Source: Eledone cirrhosa (Eukaryota). From it: DNA of 64,000 nucleotides. Shown here one piece after another: positions 58,301-64,000 of the stretch (its first letter is position 1; every line of letters begins with the position of its first letter). The notes beneath the pieces were generated by a model that was not told the DNA's origin, made no database searches, and was given only the letters and a program-made list of their open reading frames with translations. Made by a program: the position numbers and the translations under genes. The DNA is taken from contig OZ024741.1 in assembly GCA_964016885.1 (NCBI GenBank), positions 379,254,001-379,318,000 of the forward strand, given 5' to 3'.

Positions 58301-58536
58301 AAAATGTATGAAAAATGTATGAAAAAGTGTATGAAAAAATGATTGTATACCATACACAATTCTATTATAATAGCAGGATTAACAATTTTATTAAAACATC
58401 TGCTGAATTCCAGCTAATATTCTAGAAGCAATATAGTTACTGACAAAATAACACGCCTACTTTGAACCGCATACATTTACAAAATACATTTCATAATAAT
58501 ACAGAATAATCTGGTTCCACACCACAACTTCCTCGT

Positions 58537-58568
<32 letters not shown>

Positions 58569-58694
58569 TGTTTTGAAACAGTGGGCAGGTTTGAAATTAG
58601 AAAATAGAATAGCTTTCACCGTATTTTTTGACTAATGAAATTTAGTCTGATAATTGGGTTTAGAACCCTCAGATAAATGGAAAAAGATGAGTAT

Positions 58695-58766
58695 TGACGT
58701 ACATGGGAGTCGAACCCACATCTTTGATTATCCAGACCACTGTGCTACCATTTACACCAACACATC
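58695..58766 (-). ncRNA. tRNA-like sequence (tRNA-Gln-like boxes, GGA at the anticodon position)
   Basis: TGGTGTAAATGGTAGCAC, GGGTTCGACTCCC; cloverleaf with weak G-U-rich acceptor stem; followed by T5. Confidence 0.65.
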
Positions 58767-59065
58767 ACCCATCTCTTTCCATTCAAATTAGAGGTTACAT
58801 TCTTAGCGAATACAAATGACAAGTAAAAATATGTTTTGAAACAGTGAGCAGGTTTGAAATTAGAAAATAGAATAGCTTTCACCGTATTATCAGACTAAAA
58901 TTATCAGACTAAAATTAACAGACTAAAATGTCATTAGTCAAAAAATAAGGTGAAAGCTATTCTATTTTCTAATTTCAAACCTGCTCACTTTTTCAAAGCA
59001 TATTTTTACTTGTCATTTGTACTCGCTAAGAATGTAGCCTCAAATTTGAATGGTAAGAGATGGGT

Positions 59066-59137
59066 GATGTGTTGGTGTAAATGGTAGCACAGTGGTCTGG
59101 ATAACCAATGATGTGGGTTTGACTCCCATGTGCGTCA
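59066..59137 (+). ncRNA. tRNA-like sequence, inverted copy
   Basis: Same as above with B box GGTTTGACTCC; TTTTTT at 59147-59152. Confidence 0.6.
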
Positions 59138-59227
59138 ATACTCATCTTTTTTCCATTTATCTGAGGGTTCTAAACCCCATTATCAGACTAGAATTTCATT
59201 AGTCAAAAAATGCGGTGAAAGCTATTC

Positions 59228-59260
<33 letters not shown>

Positions 59261-62200
59261 ATTATACACCACATTTATTTGAAACCAGACGTGAAAGAAT
59301 AATGAGCTATCACCTGGAAAATTTGAAGATGAACTTATGATCTGTGAATTAATAATGCATAGAGGTATTAACTCTTATCCATTGATGGGCTTGACAGATT
59401 TCACCATTCATGATACAACAAATTAAATCATACACTTACAAGTCTAGAAGGGCGTTTTGCATCAACCAACGATTGAAAACGAGGGAAAATAATTATGATA
59501 TTTAAATGACTTTACTCTCCAGATAACTTCGGGAATGGACTAAGAATTGATAGAATGAGTCTACATTTGTATATAAAACGAATTCGTAATCCAGTGATTT
59601 ACGACTATGTAACGAGATATGCACATGTGTCGTGACAGCTAACCCTGACATTATTATAACAACGACCCTTTGATTCTGTAGAAATTGAGACTTCTCTAAC
59701 TATACCTGACATATATGCTTGCATACAAAGCAGTTATCGCCCTATAACCTACTTTATATTGAGTTTGAATTCTGGTTGAAGAAACCTAATATACTAAAGT
59801 TCCCAACAGAGCTATACATACAAACATAAATATATTCCAATAACAGAAAATAATGGATCTCTTTCAGATACTCCTCAGAAAGTTGTAGGCAACGATACTT
59901 TGCTGATATGTCTACTGCGACCACACATACAGCAGTAAAACCTATCATATTTGATTATTCGCTGAATGACAAGAAAGACCTTCAACATAATTATTCACAT
60001 CCCTATTCACAAACTAAATGCTTTAAGTAGAACACAATGGCATCAACGCAATCATTTCGAATACACATCAAACGAATAACTTAAAACCCATGACAAAATG
60101 GTACTTCAGTGATCTTCAACAATACTATTCCGACATTCATCGAAACACACTTAACAACAAAACGCAATATTAACATAAATACGCCACAATGCTCATCAAG
60201 TATTAGAACTATGAAAATTACAAATGAAATACCAATTACAAATAGCATATGAAGATCAAAAATAAAATGCCCATATTACTGATACGTACTAGATTTAGCA
60301 TGCAATATGTCTAATATATAGGGTGGACATATATCTAAATTGCCCCCATCAGTTATCCCACCACTAAGTATCTAGCTTTCCCAAATCATACACTTGTTAT
60401 TATGTTAACTCTTATAATATTACCGCAAATTGAAAGTAAACTTATGAAGTTATATACTTTTGCCGAGTCAAACAGTCATAGACTTTTGCAGTTTAGAGAA
60501 TGACAAATATTGTACATTATATAATGATGATCCATCCAAATAAAACATATTGTTTGTGAAACACTGCCAAGTATGATGGCATTACTCAGACATTAAGGCA
60601 CGTATAAAAATGTAAAACAATTTATTTGGTTTAATCTAAAGCGATATGTTAATTCTGAAAAGAATTAGTATGGCAAAGGCTTCTTCATGTTTATAATATT
60701 CTCTCAGTAATTACATATTATTCAAAACATGCAAAGGTAATACATGACATCTAATTCCTTCTCAAACCATAATATGATTATTATCTCGCTCTAAAATCTG
60801 GGAACGTTTTACAATCTAAGGCCACACAAATCCCAACTCATATTTAAAGAGAAATAGCGTCTTAAAGCTTCCTAGGCAGCAAGTGTGTCTAACGTGAGAT
60901 AATTATGTTAATGTAATATTTTAAAAAATATATCCCCTCGTATAAGGAAACACACTATCTCCATTGAAATGTCTCATATACCTGAAACAACTTCAATATT
61001 AAGAAATCCCAAACAAGTTTCAAGAACTGGAACACCTCATGGGTCGTCCCTCGTTAGTAAATGCCCTACAAATCTAAACATGATCCAGAGAAACAATAGA
61101 AATACTATGAAAATCGAATCAAAATAGATGGACGCTGCGTGAAAGTGCTTCTAATTATGTGGGAAGATTATGAGATTAGCTGTCAGTGGTTGGGCAGATA
61201 ATATTCAGAAGAAAGTGTTTTTTTCTTCTGCTATGGAGAAAGTCATATATCCTTGAAACAAAAAACATAAACAATCAGTGAGAAACTGACACAGAAAAAA
61301 GTCCCATCGAGATGTGAAAAGTACCGGACGAAAATGTATACCTCCCTCTGCGGAAAGATTAATAATTTGAAGCTCCAGAGAAGTGATGCTTTATAATGCC
61401 GCTGAATGACTACCGAAAACACGGAAGGAAACGAGAAAGGCTCGGTTTGTTACATAAGTCAGCATTATCATAACGTGCTTAAATAAATGTAACTATTTAA
61501 GATATTTCTATTAGTTATTCTACTCGATATAATTTCAATAAAATAACGAATTAATTAGCGTTTGATATCTGTATATTGAGTTTACCTCCTTTTAGTTTGT
61601 ATTTCCAGAAATACTTTGAAAACGGAATATTTCGAATATGGTTGGTAGATCAGGAAAGTATGTCAGTTTAAATAAAGAGAGAGATAGATCATGTTGTCCT
61701 TCTTAATATTTTTCTAGCTGATGTTCGGGAAATAATACTTTGGGTAACAAAGTTATCACTTCGCAATGTTTTGCCTTTTCTTCATTTCCATTTTTGTTAA
61801 GGGCTGGGTACATTTTGTATTTGGACTAGCACCTATAAAACCCTCCATTAATTTTCAGTACAAATTATGTTTTATACGAAATGTTTGTTATTTTCTGTTA
61901 TATTACTGTTTGTTCTTTTAAACAAATTTATTGTAAACAATATTAATGACAATTCTAATTATGACAATTCTATTAATCTATTAATGACAATTCTAAATTG
62001 ACAAGAGCATTCGGCTTGATATTCAATCTAAAAGTAATATCAGTACATATTTTGCATTAGGAAAATGCAGCGATGTTGGCGACATTTGATACAGGTGGTA
62101 GAGAGGAAAGATGGTGGCTTTATACCCAATAGTTTGTTCAGATATTTGCAACACATTGGATACTAATAACGGTATTCAAGAGGCATGTCAGGAAGTTAAA

Positions 62201-62319
62201 TACCAAAACAGATTAAATATACCGACCAAGTAAGCCAGAGTAAAATTTGAACCCAGAATGCAAGATCCGGGAAATATAATACAGGATATATAACCATGCT
62301 CTCTACCAAGTTTTGCCAA

Positions 62320-62405
62320 TCCTCGACCTCGGGCAGTTATTTGTTTTACGGACCCCAAAAGGATGTCAGGTAAATTAACCATAGAAGGATTTAAACACAG
62401 AACAC
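62320..62405 (-). mobile_element. Decayed SINE fragment
   Basis: GACCCCAAAAGGATG..AGGTAAATTAACC...GGATTTAAAC resembles 818-865. Confidence 0.45.
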
Positions 62406-63239
62406 AGGGAAGAGCAAATTCAACAAGTTAATTTCTTCTTATTTCTTACTATATAGTAAAGTGAAATAAGTACGAAGTAATGGGAAGGCCTGTAACCAAT
62501 CACTCTATTTGAGGAAACGCATCCAAATGTCTCTAAAATTATAACCTTCCAATTTAAAGGATGGGCTCCATTCGATAATTACATCCAATATCATGCTTGA
62601 CACGACGATGACATGGTCATGGCATCAGCAGGATCAATATAATCAAAGTAACAGAAAAGGAATCACAGCTGGCCAAATCTAAACAGCGACTAACAACAGT
62701 GTTCTCCCTGGTTCTCACTAGAGGTTAAATTGCAAACCATTGAAATGACGTTGAATTTCGAGACGTAAGAAATTACTATATTACATCTCAACATTTCAAT
62801 ATTTCTGTATGACGTGTGATATGAGATCATAATCGTAATAAATAGGCCGATATAAGTTTAAACATATAGTTCTGGCCTCGTATTACAAATATAAATTATA
62901 CGATATATTGATAATGTAAAACTGATAAAAATAGTCTGTATGAAATAAAAGAGACTTTTATAGGGACACAAACATATGTATTTACATATTTCTGACACAA
63001 TCGGATTTAAATAAAGCATGATGATATCATTGTTGCGATGCGTTATGTATGGAATGAGACACATTCTGTCTCGACGATGAGTGTCCTAGATGTTCGATCA
63101 AAAGAACAGCTTATTCATGAAATTAACGTGTAAGTGACTAAGTATTCTAAAGACACATGTAATGTTGATGTAAATACCAGATAAATTCAGTATGTCATTA
63201 TGTAAGTAGTTTAGCTGTTTCATTTGCAGTTGTAGTCCA

Positions 63240-64000
63240 TTCTCGATAGAGCCTGTTCTGCTAGAGAATGGGTCGCTGGTGCCAGATAGCTAGAGGGCCA
63301 CCATACATGATGGCTAGTTGCAATATAAGCGGACCACTGCCGGTCTAATAATCAACTCTGGACCAACTGCGGTGAAATAATGGGGGAGATGGAGAAATTG
63401 GTGACACCTGAATCTCACAAGAAACCACTCATGAACCAGTGATGTAGCTATGTCGAGGCGAGTAAAGCCCGCCTCTAAAATGGCCTAGTTATCCCAGGTT
63501 TGAAACAATACCACATTGCTGACTGACGCAAATAAGACCGCTGAAACTGAAACTGCAATATGATGAGGAAAACAAAACAAGAATCTTCGCGCAGGGTATC
63601 AAGGGGCGCACTCAGGCTTTACGTTCAGGAGACTGTGCAAAAATTAGCTTGCAGTCTCCATTTTATCCTGTAAAACTGGTGATTGTCCTGCGAACTCGAC
63701 CGGGAGGGGTGGGATGGTTGCGCACGACTGCGTATCCCAAGACCACAAAGAGGTTCTAGAATGGAGGAAACATTGACAATTCGAACCTAGGACAGGACAA
63801 TCTTTACAGGTAAGGAGTAGGAATTGATGAAAGAGGCTAGATAGACTATGGGTTTCCTCAACAAAGACTCGGGGCTCAGATACTGTAGATTTGAATGGAG
63901 GTTTGAAATTCCGGAATTTAGCTGTGGCGCAAGAATTGTCTGCACAGGCGAGAGTGGGGATACACACATATACACGGCTGTCATATTGCGTTGTGGATTG
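63240..64000 (-). mobile_element. Probable degenerate LINE fragment (possibly APE region)
   Basis: Raised GC and broken ORFs with weak APE-like remnants (KIVL.., TRLDI); family not resolved. Confidence 0.3.

Larger units (their letters stand above)
58564..59230. mobile_element. Fold-back element made of two inverted ~1.2-mers of a ~263-bp unit, flanked by (TA)n
   Basis: AAATATGTTTTGAAACAGTG recurs at 58564 and 58827; right half is the reverse complement; central 14-bp ATTATCAGACTAAA x3. Confidence 0.85.

Noticed and set aside
58695-59137. Functional tRNA-Ser(GGA) genes
   Set aside because: No long variable arm, acceptor stem rich in G-U pairs, Gln-like boxes, and embedded in a repeat unit; treated as tRNA-like
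59156-59230. HHR in the tRNA-cassette unit (CTGAGGG...GAAAG)
   Set aside because: Core lacks the conserved GA and no stem I/II pairing is consistent with a hammerhead

Overview
AT-rich, microsatellite-dense animal genomic DNA. The recurrent ~190-bp tRNA-headed SINE and the repeat landscape resemble octopus/cephalopod genomes (inference). No host protein-coding gene can be supported; most short ORFs in the track are microsatellite or antisense artefacts. The window is dominated by non-LTR retroelements. (i) An RTE-clade LINE fragment and many Penelope-like element (PLE) pieces sit in (TA)n tracts, often as inverted/fold-back pairs; I find about 13 hammerhead-ribozyme (HHR)-like motifs with them, including core variants. 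(ii) A ~22.7-kb pile-up (23.2-45.9 kb) around (AAT)n tracts holds three head-to-tail Tx1-type LINEs on the minus strand, one with an intact 1138-aa APE-RT ORF2, plus Dong/R4-type RLE LINE pieces on the plus strand with a nested PLE. (iii) A fold-back element is built from a ~263-bp unit containing a tRNA-like Pol III cassette. All motif calls and alignments were made by eye; coordinates may be off by a few bases.
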